Source: Campylobacteraceae bacterium (lineage in GTDB: Bacteria; Campylobacterota; Campylobacteria; Campylobacterales; Campylobacteraceae). From it: a stretch of 63,430 bases of DNA. Shown here in pieces: positions 55,506 to 63,430 of the stretch. The notes beneath the pieces are model-generated. The model was not told the DNA's origin and did no database searches. It worked only from the letters and a program-made list of their open reading frames with translations. Position numbers and translations under genes: made by a program. The stretch lies in NCBI GenBank assembly GCA_031274495.1, contig JAISQB010000015.1, positions 1 to 63,430 of the forward strand. Reading direction: 5' to 3'. The first letter of the stretch is position 1. Every line of letters starts with the position of its first letter.

Positions 55506-56618
55506 TTAAAAACTATCGTTCTCCACTCTCTTGCAGCTATATTTTGATCTCTCTTTTCCAAGATGTGATAAATCCTGCAATATAAACGCGTCCTCTTCTA
55601 ACAATACCACTTCCATTTCATCCACGACATCGTTTTTAAATATACTCTCAAGACTTGCCATCTCTTCAAGGACTGTATTGGAGTTGCTTTCGCTTGTGAG
55701 ATTTTTTATCCTTACATTGTCTGTTTGGGTTTTGAAGCGTCCATCTTTGTATGACCACTTTTCCGAATACGCGATAGAGTAAGATAACTCCGGTTGCGAC
55801 CGGTCGAGCTTTAGTTTTATCACACCATCCACTTCGCCGGTGCCGTTGGATGAGTATTTGTTGACGGACTCCATCTTGATGTAAGTATCGGGTGTGCCAA
55901 GATCTTCATTGAAGGCGCATTTCCAACTGTTTGCCGCCAATACTTCGGGGCTAAATGTTACTGTTTTGAGATTGCATGTGCGCTCTAATCCATTTGATGA
56001 TTTGGTAACGAAACGGTTATTTGCAAATTTCGATATAAACACTGTGTCCGTCTCACCGCCGCTCGTAGTGGTCAATGTGCCTCCTTCTGCACGCCATGAG
56101 CCTGTGGCGGCATTGTCAAATGTTATCACATTACTGTAGACGGAGGGTGATTTGATGCTGATGGTAGGCTTGCTTTCGTAAGTGCCATCAAAGTAGTAGA
56201 TATCGCGCGAAAAGAGTTTGATGTCGGTATTAAAAGCCTTTATGCGTGAAGAGCACTCCCATGCTCTATCTACAATACGACTAAAATTAACATCACTTTT
56301 TTCCACTACGGGCAGCGTCATCGGTATCACTTTCTCTTGTACGGCTTGTATTCGAGGTATTACCGGCGTCGCCTTTTCTTGCACTGTTGGGGGAGTTTTT
56401 TGTATTACCTTTTCTTGCGCTACCTGCGTCGGCAAAGCTGCCGGTATCTCTTTTATTTGTACTGTTTGCGTTTGCGGAGTTGTCGGTGTCGCTTTTTGTT
56501 GTACAACTTGCGTTTCTTGATTAAAATCGTCGATGATAATTATATCATCCTCGGCCGCCGCATTTAAAACACATAGAGCTACCATGACCGGCATGAGTAG
56601 TGTTCTCATCATCTCCAC
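55506..56618 (-). CDS. Secreted hypothetical protein with an N-terminal Pro/Gln/Val-rich degenerate tandem repeats
   Basis: It has a signal peptide (MRTLLMPVMVALCVLNAAA). About 5 degenerate 12-14-aa repeats follow (VQQKATPTTPQTQT / VQIKEIPAALPTQ / VAQEKVIQKTPPT / VQEKATPVIPRIQA / VQEKVIPMTLPV), and then a globular region of about 250 aa. Confidence 0.7.
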   Translation of the reverse strand: MEMMRTLLMPVMVALCVLNAAAEDDIIIIDDFNQETQVVQQKATPTTPQTQTVQIKEIPAALPTQVAQEKVIQKTPPTVQEKATPVIPRIQAVQEKVIPMTLPVVEKSDVNFSRIVDRAWECSSRIKAFNTDIKLFSRDIYYFDGTYESKPTISIKSPSVYSNVITFDNAATGSWRAEGGTLTTTSGGETDTVFISKFANNRFVTKSSNGLERTCNLKTVTFSPEVLAANSWKCAFNEDLGTPDTYIKMESVNKYSSNGTGEVDGVIKLKLDRSQPELSYSIAYSEKWSYKDGRFKTQTDNVRIKNLTSESNSNTVLEEMASLESIFKNDVVDEMEVVLLEEDAFILQDLSHLGKERSKYSCKRVENDSF

Positions 56619-56715
56619 CTTATGAAAGAAATTAAATACATAGTATATATAAAAAATATATATATTTTCATAAAAAAGATAGTATTATGCACACATTTTT
56701 ACAAAGGATTACATT

Positions 56716-58647
56716 TTGGCGCTTTTAGATTTGATAGAGGTCAGCAAGAGTTACGATACGGGCAAGATATTTGAGGAGATAAGCCTGTTTATAAACGAAA
56801 AAGAGAAGATTGCGATAATAGGCAAAAACGGCGGCGGCAAATCCACTCTTATGAAAATCATCAACGCCACCCTCGAGAGCGACGCCGGACGCAGGATCGT
56901 CCAAAATAATATCAAAGTAGAGATGTTAGAGCAAAATCCCGAATTTAACGAAACTATGAGCGTCAAAGAGGCGATAGAGGCGCAACTGGCGGAATTAAAT
57001 CAAAAACGGTTGGAGTATGAGGAGCTTAGCCAAAAAATAGCGGCGGATTTTACAAACAAAGAACTTTTGGAAAAACAGTCCGAGATAGCCGCGTTTCTTG
57101 ACGCGCACAACGCGTGGAATCTGGACGATAAGATAGAGAGGATACTGCAAGAATTTGACCTGAAAACTTACGAAAATATGGCTATCTCACTACTAAGCGG
57201 CGGTGAGAGGCGTCGGGTGGCGCTTGCGGGATTGCTGCTCAAAAAGCCCGATATTTTGCTGCTGGATGAGCCTACCAACCACCTTGATGTTTATATGGTC
57301 TCTTTTTTGGAGGAGATGATATTGAAAGAGAATTTCACGCTTGTATTTATCTCGCACGATAGATATTTCATAGATAAAATCGCAACCAGAACCATTGAGA
57401 TAGATAATTTAAAACTTAGAAGTTTTGATGGCGGATATGCGGATTATCTGCGGGGCAAAGAGGCGTTACTGCACTCTATGCAAAAAGAGCACGAGAATCT
57501 ACTGAAGTTTTTAAAGGGCGAAGAGGAGTGGCTAAGCCGAGGCGTGAGGGCGAGACTCAAAAGGGATGAGGGGCGAAAGGCGAGAGTCTTTAAACTAAGA
57601 GAAGAGGCGAAAAAAAATCCAAGCTACATAAGAAAAATCAAACTCGAAATCGAGCGCGAAAAGCACAATTTCAACCAAGAAAAGTCGGTAAACAGGCAAA
57701 AAATGCTCTTCGAACTTGAAAATGTCTCAAAAAATCTCGGCGAAAAACTCCTCATAAAAGAGCTTTCGATAAGGATTATGCAAAAAGATAGGATAGCCAT
57801 CGTCGGCAAAAATGGTGCCGGCAAATCCACACTGCTAAAACTTTTACTAGGACAAATAAAAAGCGACAGCGGCAAAATCAAAAGGGGTGAATTTGAAGTG
57901 GGGTATTTTGACCAACAAAGAGTGATGCTGGATAACGATAAAAATATCCTCGAAACATTCTGTCCAAACGGCGGCGATAGAGTCGAAGTGGGTGGGCGAA
58001 ATATGCACGTATTCGGGTATCTGAAAAACTTCCTCTTTCCAAAAGAGTATCTGGACAAAAAGATCGGTATCCTAAGCGGCGGCGAAAAAAACCGCGTCGC
58101 GTTGGCGCTTTTGTTCGCCAAAAAAACAGATTGCCTCATCTTGGATGAGCCCACTAACGACCTTGATATACCTACTATCAACATACTTGAAGAGTACATC
58201 AAAAATTACCACGGGGCGGTTTTGTTCGTCAGCCACGATAGGTATTTTGTCGATAAGATAGCCAAAAAACTGCTCATCTTTAAAGGTGGCGGGCAAATAG
58301 TGGAAAGTTACGGCTCTTATAGCGAATTCTTGGAGTACGAAAGGGAGATAAAAGAGATAGACGAGTTTGAAAAGAGCTTGGATATCGACCAAAATCAGAC
58401 TCAAAAACAGAAGACAAAAGCGCAAAAGTTAAGTTATAAAGAGAAATTTGAGTATGAAAATCTACCTATAGAGATTGAAAAGTTGGAGCGCGAGATAAAA
58501 GAGTTAAAAGAGTGTCTGGCGGACCCTAAATGCTATCAAGAAAAGGGAATAACTGCTATGAGCGAACTGTTAAGCAAAAAAGAGAGCGAGCTTGAACCGC
58601 TTGTCGAGAGATACCTTGAGATAGAGGAGAAGCTTAGCTTGATTTAA
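56716..58647 (+). CDS. ABC-F family ATPase (Uup-like, with a C-terminal coiled coil)
   Basis: It has two NBDs (GKNGGGKST / GKNGAGKST, LSGGE twice), no TM domain and a charged linker. The TTG start has an AAGGA RBS. Confidence 0.9.
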   Translation: MALLDLIEVSKSYDTGKIFEEISLFINEKEKIAIIGKNGGGKSTLMKIINATLESDAGRRIVQNNIKVEMLEQNPEFNETMSVKEAIEAQLAELNQKRLEYEELSQKIAADFTNKELLEKQSEIAAFLDAHNAWNLDDKIERILQEFDLKTYENMAISLLSGGERRRVALAGLLLKKPDILLLDEPTNHLDVYMVSFLEEMILKENFTLVFISHDRYFIDKIATRTIEIDNLKLRSFDGGYADYLRGKEALLHSMQKEHENLLKFLKGEEEWLSRGVRARLKRDEGRKARVFKLREEAKKNPSYIRKIKLEIEREKHNFNQEKSVNRQKMLFELENVSKNLGEKLLIKELSIRIMQKDRIAIVGKNGAGKSTLLKLLLGQIKSDSGKIKRGEFEVGYFDQQRVMLDNDKNILETFCPNGGDRVEVGGRNMHVFGYLKNFLFPKEYLDKKIGILSGGEKNRVALALLFAKKTDCLILDEPTNDLDIPTINILEEYIKNYHGAVLFVSHDRYFVDKIAKKLLIFKGGGQIVESYGSYSEFLEYEREIKEIDEFEKSLDIDQNQTQKQKTKAQKLSYKEKFEYENLPIEIEKLEREIKELKECLADPKCYQEKGITAMSELLSKKESELEPLVERYLEIEEKLSLI

Positions 58648-58655
58648 AATACCGC

Positions 58656-58685
58656 TTTACATAGGGGATAAACCCCCGTGTAAAA
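58656..58685. terminator. Bidirectional hairpin between the convergent ABC-F and rplS genes
   Basis: The hairpin is TTTACAtaGGGG-ATAAA-CCCCcgTGTAAA. Confidence 0.5.
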
Positions 58686-58726
58686 CAGAATATTGTTATT
58701 AAAGTGTGGGAAAAATTGGAGATAAG

Positions 58727-59080
58727 TTATTTGATCTCTTTGATTCTTGCAGCTTTACCGCGCAAATCTCTTAGATAAAATAGTTTTGAGCGTCTAACGC
58801 GTCCGCGTCTTACTACCGTTATACTTTCGATGCTGTCGCTGTAGATGGGGAAGATTCTCTCAACGCCAACGCTGTTTGCACCGATTTTTCTTATGATGAA
58901 AGTCTCACCTGTGCCGCTGCCTCGTCTGGCTATACAGACACCCTCGAAGTTTTGGATTCTCTGTTTGTCACCCTCTTTAATTTTAACGGCAACACGCAAT
59001 GTATCACCACTGCGAAACTCAGGAATGCTCTTCTCAGCAATCTGCGCGTTTTCGTAAGCTTCAATATATTTATTTCTCAT
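58727..59080 (-). CDS. rplS: 50S ribosomal protein L19
   Basis: It is 117 aa with the typical FRSGDTL.V...EG...R.Q.FEGV.IA pattern. Confidence 0.97.
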   Translation of the reverse strand: MRNKYIEAYENAQIAEKSIPEFRSGDTLRVAVKIKEGDKQRIQNFEGVCIARRGSGTGETFIIRKIGANSVGVERIFPIYSDSIESITVVRRGRVRRSKLFYLRDLRGKAARIKEIK

Positions 59081-59091
59081 AATTTTTCCTC

Positions 59092-59778
59092 TTATAAGTT
59101 TTTACTTTTCTTCAGATCGGGTCTATGAAAGCAAGTTTTTGCATACGCCATTCTGTTTTTTAAGCCCGAGATTATAGCGTGGTTTCCCTTTAAAAAGTCT
59201 GAGGGGACGGCGCTTTGTTTATAAATATTTGGTTTTGTGAAAGATGGGGCTTCCAATGAACTATTTTCAAAACTCTCTTCGGTCAAAGACTCTTCATTGC
59301 CAAGCACATTTTCCACCATACGGCTTATCGCGTCGCACATACAAAGCGCGGACAACTCCCCGCCCGTCAAGACAAAATCGCCCGTAGAAAAAACTTCATC
59401 GGCATATGTCTCTATCACCCTCTCATCGATCCCCTCGTATCTCCCGCAGACAAAAATGATATGCTTTTTTTTGGACAGTCTCTTAGCGTCGTTTTGCGTG
59501 AAACTTTTCGCAACGGGCAGCGGAAAGACAAAATAGGCGTCGGGATTTTTGCGCTTGACATCATCCAAAGCGTCAAACAGAGGCTGCGGACACATCAAAA
59601 GCCCCGCCCCGCCGCCGGCTTTATAATCATCAACTTTTTTGTGTTTATCAAGGCTAAAATCGCGCGGATTGACACACTCGATATTTATAAATCCCGCCTC
59701 TTTCGCGCGTCCGAGGATAGAGTCATCAAAGTATGGATAGACAAGCCCGCCAAAGAGCGTAACGAATGTAAAATTCAA
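59092..59778 (-). CDS. trmD: tRNA (guanine37-N1)-methyltransferase TrmD
   Basis: It has the SPOUT-knot motifs ([18 protein letters not shown]). Confidence 0.95.
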   Translation of the reverse strand: MNFTFVTLFGGLVYPYFDDSILGRAKEAGFINIECVNPRDFSLDKHKKVDDYKAGGGAGLLMCPQPLFDALDDVKRKNPDAYFVFPLPVAKSFTQNDAKRLSKKKHIIFVCGRYEGIDERVIETYADEVFSTGDFVLTGGELSALCMCDAISRMVENVLGNEESLTEESFENSSLEAPSFTKPNIYKQSAVPSDFLKGNHAIISGLKNRMAYAKTCFHRPDLKKSKNL

Positions 59779-60311
59779 TTTTCTTGTTCCAATAGGCTAA
59801 AAGCGTTTCGCGTGAGGATTTGGGATTTTTGTATATCCGCATTGATGATATACTGCTCGACATACGGTATCAAAAAGCTCTTTTGCAACCCTTTTTTTAC
59901 AAGCTCATCGTCGCTTTTGACACTTAAATAATCCTGCCCCGCTATGCGCTCTATCTCGCCAACCGTGCCCAACTTCACACCCTCTTCCACCACTTCGCAG
60001 CCCATGATGTCAAACCAAAAAAACTCTCCCTCTTTAAGTTTGCATAGCGCTCTGGTGGCCTCTTTTGTGGTTTTTAGGATTTTATTGGTGAGTTTGGATG
60101 CGCTATCTTTGTCGTTTATCCCCTCAAAACGCACGATAGAGCGCTCTTTGTCGTATTGCGCGATGACGAGCGTTTGGTTGGCGTCAAGATAAAAGAGGGC
60201 TTTGGGTCTGAATTGCTCGGGAAAATCGCTCAGGTCGTGCAGTTTAAGAAAGCCTTTGAGCCCCACTGCGCGACCGAGTTTGCAAACTTCTATAAACGCA
60301 TCAGCTTTCAT
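59775..60311 (-). CDS. rimM: 16S rRNA processing protein RimM
   Basis: The N-terminus has G...VGLKG and a PRC-barrel C-terminus follows. It occupies the conserved operon position. Confidence 0.9.
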   Translation of the reverse strand: MKADAFIEVCKLGRAVGLKGFLKLHDLSDFPEQFRPKALFYLDANQTLVIAQYDKERSIVRFEGINDKDSASKLTNKILKTTKEATRALCKLKEGEFFWFDIMGCEVVEEGVKLGTVGEIERIAGQDYLSVKSDDELVKKGLQKSFLIPYVEQYIINADIQKSQILTRNAFSLLEQEN

Positions 60312-60549
60312 CGTCTGGTTTGATGTTGATACGATAAGATTTTCCGCTCTTTGCCTTGCAAGCCGCGATAAGAGTTTTGATAGCGTTTACGACTTTGCCG
60401 TCTTTACCGATGATCTTACCTGTATCCGCTTTATCGACATATATGGTGATTTCGCTGAAAGTTTCATCCACTTCGTTCGTCTCGACACGCACGGCGTCGG
60501 GATTTTCGACTATGAGCTTTGCAAACTCTTTTAAAAATTTTTCAATCAT
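60301..60549 (-). CDS. KH-domain RNA-binding protein (YlqC/UPF0109 family)
   Basis: It is 82 aa with a GKIIGK.GK KH motif and lies between rpsP and rimM. Confidence 0.88.
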   Translation of the reverse strand: MIEKFLKEFAKLIVENPDAVRVETNEVDETFSEITIYVDKADTGKIIGKDGKVVNAIKTLIAACKAKSGKSYRINIKPDDES

Positions 60550-60550
60550 T

Positions 60551-60781
60551 TTAATTCTCGGTAAGCTTGGCTACCCTATCACTTAGCTTAGCGCCGACGC
60601 TTTTCCAATATGTCAAACGCTCTGCGTCAAATTTCACCGTAACGGGCGTTGTCAAAGGGTTGTAATATCCCAAAATCTCTATCCAGTTTCCGTCGCGGCG
60701 TTTTCTGCTGTCTGTTACTACGATTCTGTAAAAAGGTCGTTTTGTTCTTCCTGTGCGTGTTAGTCGTACTACGGTTGCCAT
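60551..60781 (-). CDS. rpsP: 30S ribosomal protein S16
   Basis: The N-terminus is [22 protein letters not shown]. Confidence 0.97.
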   Translation of the reverse strand: MATVVRLTRTGRTKRPFYRIVVTDSRKRRDGNWIEILGYYNPLTTPVTVKFDAERLTYWKSVGAKLSDRVAKLTEN

Positions 60782-60879
60782 AGTATTTCTTCTCCTTATA
60801 AATATTGCGTTTAAATTTAAGTCCTATACGGCTTAGATATAAGTGCGCGTGCACCCATCTCTAAACTGTACAAACTAAC

Positions 60880-62214
60880 CTATCTCGGAAATTTCGGCTG
60901 GCGCAGCATATTTTGCAAACTTGCCACTCCATCTTTACTCGAAAATTTCTTAGCCAACTTTGAGGCATTCTCAAACTGCTTAAAAAAGCGGTTTACTTCC
61001 ACTTGTGAAAGTCCCGCACCAGAAGCTATTCTTCTTTTTCTGGCATTGTTCAAAAGCGAAGGATAGAGCCTCTCTTTTTGAGTCATAGAGCTTATCATAG
61101 CTTTTATACGCTTCATCTCCACTGAGTTTTCAAGGTCAAAATCCTTCAACTGCCCCGCCACTTGCGAGAGTCCTGGTATCATACCGATGAGGGATTTCAT
61201 ATTTCCAAGCTTTTTCATACTCTCCATTTGCGCCAAAAAGTCGTTGAAGTTGAACTCCCCTTTTTGGATTTTTTTGGTGATCGCTTTTGCCTCTTTTTCG
61301 TCTATAACTGCGCTCGTCTTTTCAGCCAAAGTAGCCAAATCGCCCTCACCCATCAGACGGTTTACCACGCGGTCCGGTATAAAACTCTCCAGATCAGCGC
61401 TCTTCTCGCCCGTACCGATAAACCGCAAAGGAACGCCCACCTGCGACGCTACGCCAAGCGCGATACCGCCTTTGCCGTCGCCGTCGTATTTGCTCAAGAT
61501 AACGCCTGTGATGCCTATCTTGTCGTGAAAGCCCTGTGCGCTTTTTACGGCATCTTGTCCGCCCATAGAGTCAGCCACATAAAACCGCTCGTGAGGGTTA
61601 ATGGCGTTATTGACGCGCAAAAGTTCATCCATCAACTCTTCATCTATCGCTAAACGTCCCGCACTATCCACCAAAAGTACATCATACATTTGCGTCTGCG
61701 CCCTTTTTAAAGCCTCTTTGGCGATTTTAACAGGGTCTTTTTCGCTGTCGTCAAAGTATAGATCTATCTCGTTTTGCGCGCAAAGTTGTTTCAACTGCTC
61801 AACAGCCGCCAACCTTTGCAAATCGCAAGCCGCGACCAAAACTTTTCTTTTTCTAAGCTTCAAATATACGGCAAGCTTGATCGTAGTCGTAGTCTTTCCA
61901 CTGCCTTGCAAGCCCATCATAAGAGCAACCGTCGGAGGTTTTGAGGCAAATACGAAACCTTGATTGCCGTTTACCGTCAAAACTCTTGTCAAATTCTCCT
62001 TGATAGCCCTCAAAAACTGCACCTGCCCGACGCCGAACCTTTTCGTGTCAATCTCCACTGCGCCTAAAAGCTCTTTTACGACTTTGTGGTGAACATCGGC
62101 TTTTAAGAGAGATTTTTTAAGTGTTTCAAGTGCGTTTTTAAGAGCTTTTTCATCATCGCTAAAACGAAGTTTATTTACAGCCGATTTGAAAGAGTCCGTT
62201 AAAACATCAAACAC
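60880..62214 (-). CDS. ffh: Signal recognition particle protein Ffh
   Basis: The NG domain has the GTPase motifs GLQGSGKTTT, DSAGR and TKYDGD-like (SKYDGDGKGG). A Met-rich M domain follows. The GTG start has a GGAG RBS. Confidence 0.96.
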   Translation of the reverse strand: MFDVLTDSFKSAVNKLRFSDDEKALKNALETLKKSLLKADVHHKVVKELLGAVEIDTKRFGVGQVQFLRAIKENLTRVLTVNGNQGFVFASKPPTVALMMGLQGSGKTTTTIKLAVYLKLRKRKVLVAACDLQRLAAVEQLKQLCAQNEIDLYFDDSEKDPVKIAKEALKRAQTQMYDVLLVDSAGRLAIDEELMDELLRVNNAINPHERFYVADSMGGQDAVKSAQGFHDKIGITGVILSKYDGDGKGGIALGVASQVGVPLRFIGTGEKSADLESFIPDRVVNRLMGEGDLATLAEKTSAVIDEKEAKAITKKIQKGEFNFNDFLAQMESMKKLGNMKSLIGMIPGLSQVAGQLKDFDLENSVEMKRIKAMISSMTQKERLYPSLLNNARKRRIASGAGLSQVEVNRFFKQFENASKLAKKFSSKDGVASLQNMLRQPKFPR

Positions 62215-62659
62215 TTTTTATCTCCAAAAAATATATTTTTCTACCAAAAAAACGCAATGATACAAAAATGATGCTTTAAACTCAATTAAGCCTTAAAAAA
62301 AGCTTGTTTTAAGCGGTGGAAATGGTGCAAAAATGATGATCATCATACCCACTTCCCTTTTGACACTCTTAATACAACTCACACATAACACCAACTATCT
62401 TTTGGCTACATCCGCTTTTCTTTTGCCATACTCACTAAAGCGTGTATCCAAAAATCTACTTCTCTCATTGTTTTCACTACCCCATCTCTTCTTTATTTCT
62501 ATGCAAATATGAAGCCAAAATATAAAATTGGAAATTGTGATAAATATATGTGAAATGCTTTGAAAGCAAAGAGGCACTATATTGCAAGCGACAGCCAAAT
62601 GCATTTTGCTACATATAAATGATTTAGCCTCACGCCAAACCATTTATATCTGCGAAACC

Positions 62660-63427
62660 TTAAGAATTTTTACCAAAGTTGGCAAATTCTGACGGTGGGG
62701 GTGATTCGAAGCTGTATCCTAAGAGTTCGATTTTCCACGCGTGTAGCATTATCCTTGGTGCGGTTTTGCCGCCGTATTTTTCATCTCCTAATACGGAAAA
62801 ACCGATACTTTTTAAATGCGCTCTTATTTGGTGTGTTTTGCCTGTCTCTATGCTCACTTCGACCAGAGAGTTTTTGCCCTCCACGAGTTTTGGCTCTACC
62901 AAAGTTATGGCGGCTTGCCCATCTTTGGCTACCTTAGCGTAGGCGCCGCTTTTGGTTTTGGTGATTTTTAGGGGCGTATCTATGCGCTGCGGTTCGATTA
63001 ATTTACCGCCGACTATGGCGAGATAGGCTTTTTTCACTTTACCGGCTCTGAAAGCGGCTATTACTTTTTTTGTGAACTCTTCGTCTTTGCTTAAAAGCAA
63101 AACTCCGCTCGTCTCTTTGTCGAGGCGGTGCAAAAGCGTGAGCTCAAAACTCTCGCTTATCTCCTCAGCGGTTAAAAACGGAGGTTTATCCACCGCCACT
63201 ATCTTGTCATCCTCAAATATAACGGTCGGTTTTTTTAGTTTGTTTACCTTAAAAGTCGTGCCCGCTTTCATATCCGCTCTGGCGACCAATACCTTTTTTC
63301 CTGCGGCATACACGACGCCTCTATCTATCAAATCTTTCGCCGCGCGGTTGCTTATACCCTCTTGCAGGGCTAAAAGCTTGTACGCTTTGTCGGTTTGTAC
63401 CATAAATATCTCCTGTTTTTTATACAT
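62660..63427 (-). CDS. RluA-family pseudouridine synthase with an N-terminal S4-like domain
   Basis: The catalytic motif is HRLDKETSGVLLL, and the HQIR motif is GKTHQIRAH. An alternative start is at 63403. Confidence 0.9.
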   Translation of the reverse strand: MYKKQEIFMVQTDKAYKLLALQEGISNRAAKDLIDRGVVYAAGKKVLVARADMKAGTTFKVNKLKKPTVIFEDDKIVAVDKPPFLTAEEISESFELTLLHRLDKETSGVLLLSKDEEFTKKVIAAFRAGKVKKAYLAIVGGKLIEPQRIDTPLKITKTKSGAYAKVAKDGQAAITLVEPKLVEGKNSLVEVSIETGKTHQIRAHLKSIGFSVLGDEKYGGKTAPRIMLHAWKIELLGYSFESPPPSEFANFGKNS

Positions 63428-63430
63428 TTT

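Noticed and set aside
62395-62643. An 82-aa minus-strand ORF in the rluA-like/ffh spacer
   Set aside because: It has no RBS and an odd composition (Cys/Phe/Ile-rich with a charged tail), and I recognise no family. I left it unannotated, although a small membrane protein cannot be excluded.
1-63430. A window-wide search for CRISPR repeats, tRNA/rRNA/tmRNA/RNase P/SRP RNA signatures, IS elements, integrases, reverse transcriptases and known multi-gene defence systems
   Set aside because: I could recognise none by eye. The only repeat families are intragenic (RTX, GLUG, Sel1, PQ-rich) or the triplicated cassette. A covariance-model scan (Infernal/Rfam, tRNAscan) and DefenseFinder/PADLOC would be needed for a definitive negative.

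Overview
The window is a 63.4 kb chromosomal segment from a Campylobacterota (epsilonproteobacterial) genome, most likely a non-jejuni Campylobacter or a close relative. The gene order supports this. cbpA-hspR lies divergent from htrA-cprR-cprS, as at C. jejuni Cj1226c-Cj1230, and hemC-proS-hemA-ispB-DUF2018 matches H. pylori HP0237-HP0242. Most of the window is tightly packed housekeeping DNA:
- a complete membrane-bound [NiFe] uptake hydrogenase locus (hydABCD, a HydE-like gene, hypF, nikR)
- a translationally coupled heme/proS/isoprenoid operon
- a sulfur-assimilation operon (metY, an Rrf2 regulator, cysK)
- the heat-shock and envelope-stress locus
- lolCE/secA/lolA
- rsmH-ftsL-like and ppiD-ftsA-ftsZ cell-division genes
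- the ffh-rpsP-KH-rimM-trmD-rplS ribosome-biogenesis operon

I found no rRNA, tRNA, CRISPR array, transposase or integrase. Accessory-looking parts:
1. 1-2752: the 3' part of a large RTX-type secreted protein carrying a glycine zipper, followed by two small genes.
2. 11.2-12.96 kb: a decayed mobile-element remnant between hydA and ubiD.
3. 24.2-30.6 kb: a tandem triplication of a complete expression cassette (promoter, leader, CDS, terminator). It encodes Ig-like plus GLUG-type repeat lipoproteins with an unusual conserved extension before the signal peptide, followed by about 0.8 kb of orphan DNA.

The third region is my best candidate for an undescribed surface-variation or adhesin system, but that is an inference, and I see no canonical defence system. 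Several ORF-track models are over-extended at the 5' end. I re-called the starts of hypF, cbpA, hspR, cprR, secA, lolA, rsmH and ppiD from RBS position, N-terminal family conservation and gene overlaps.
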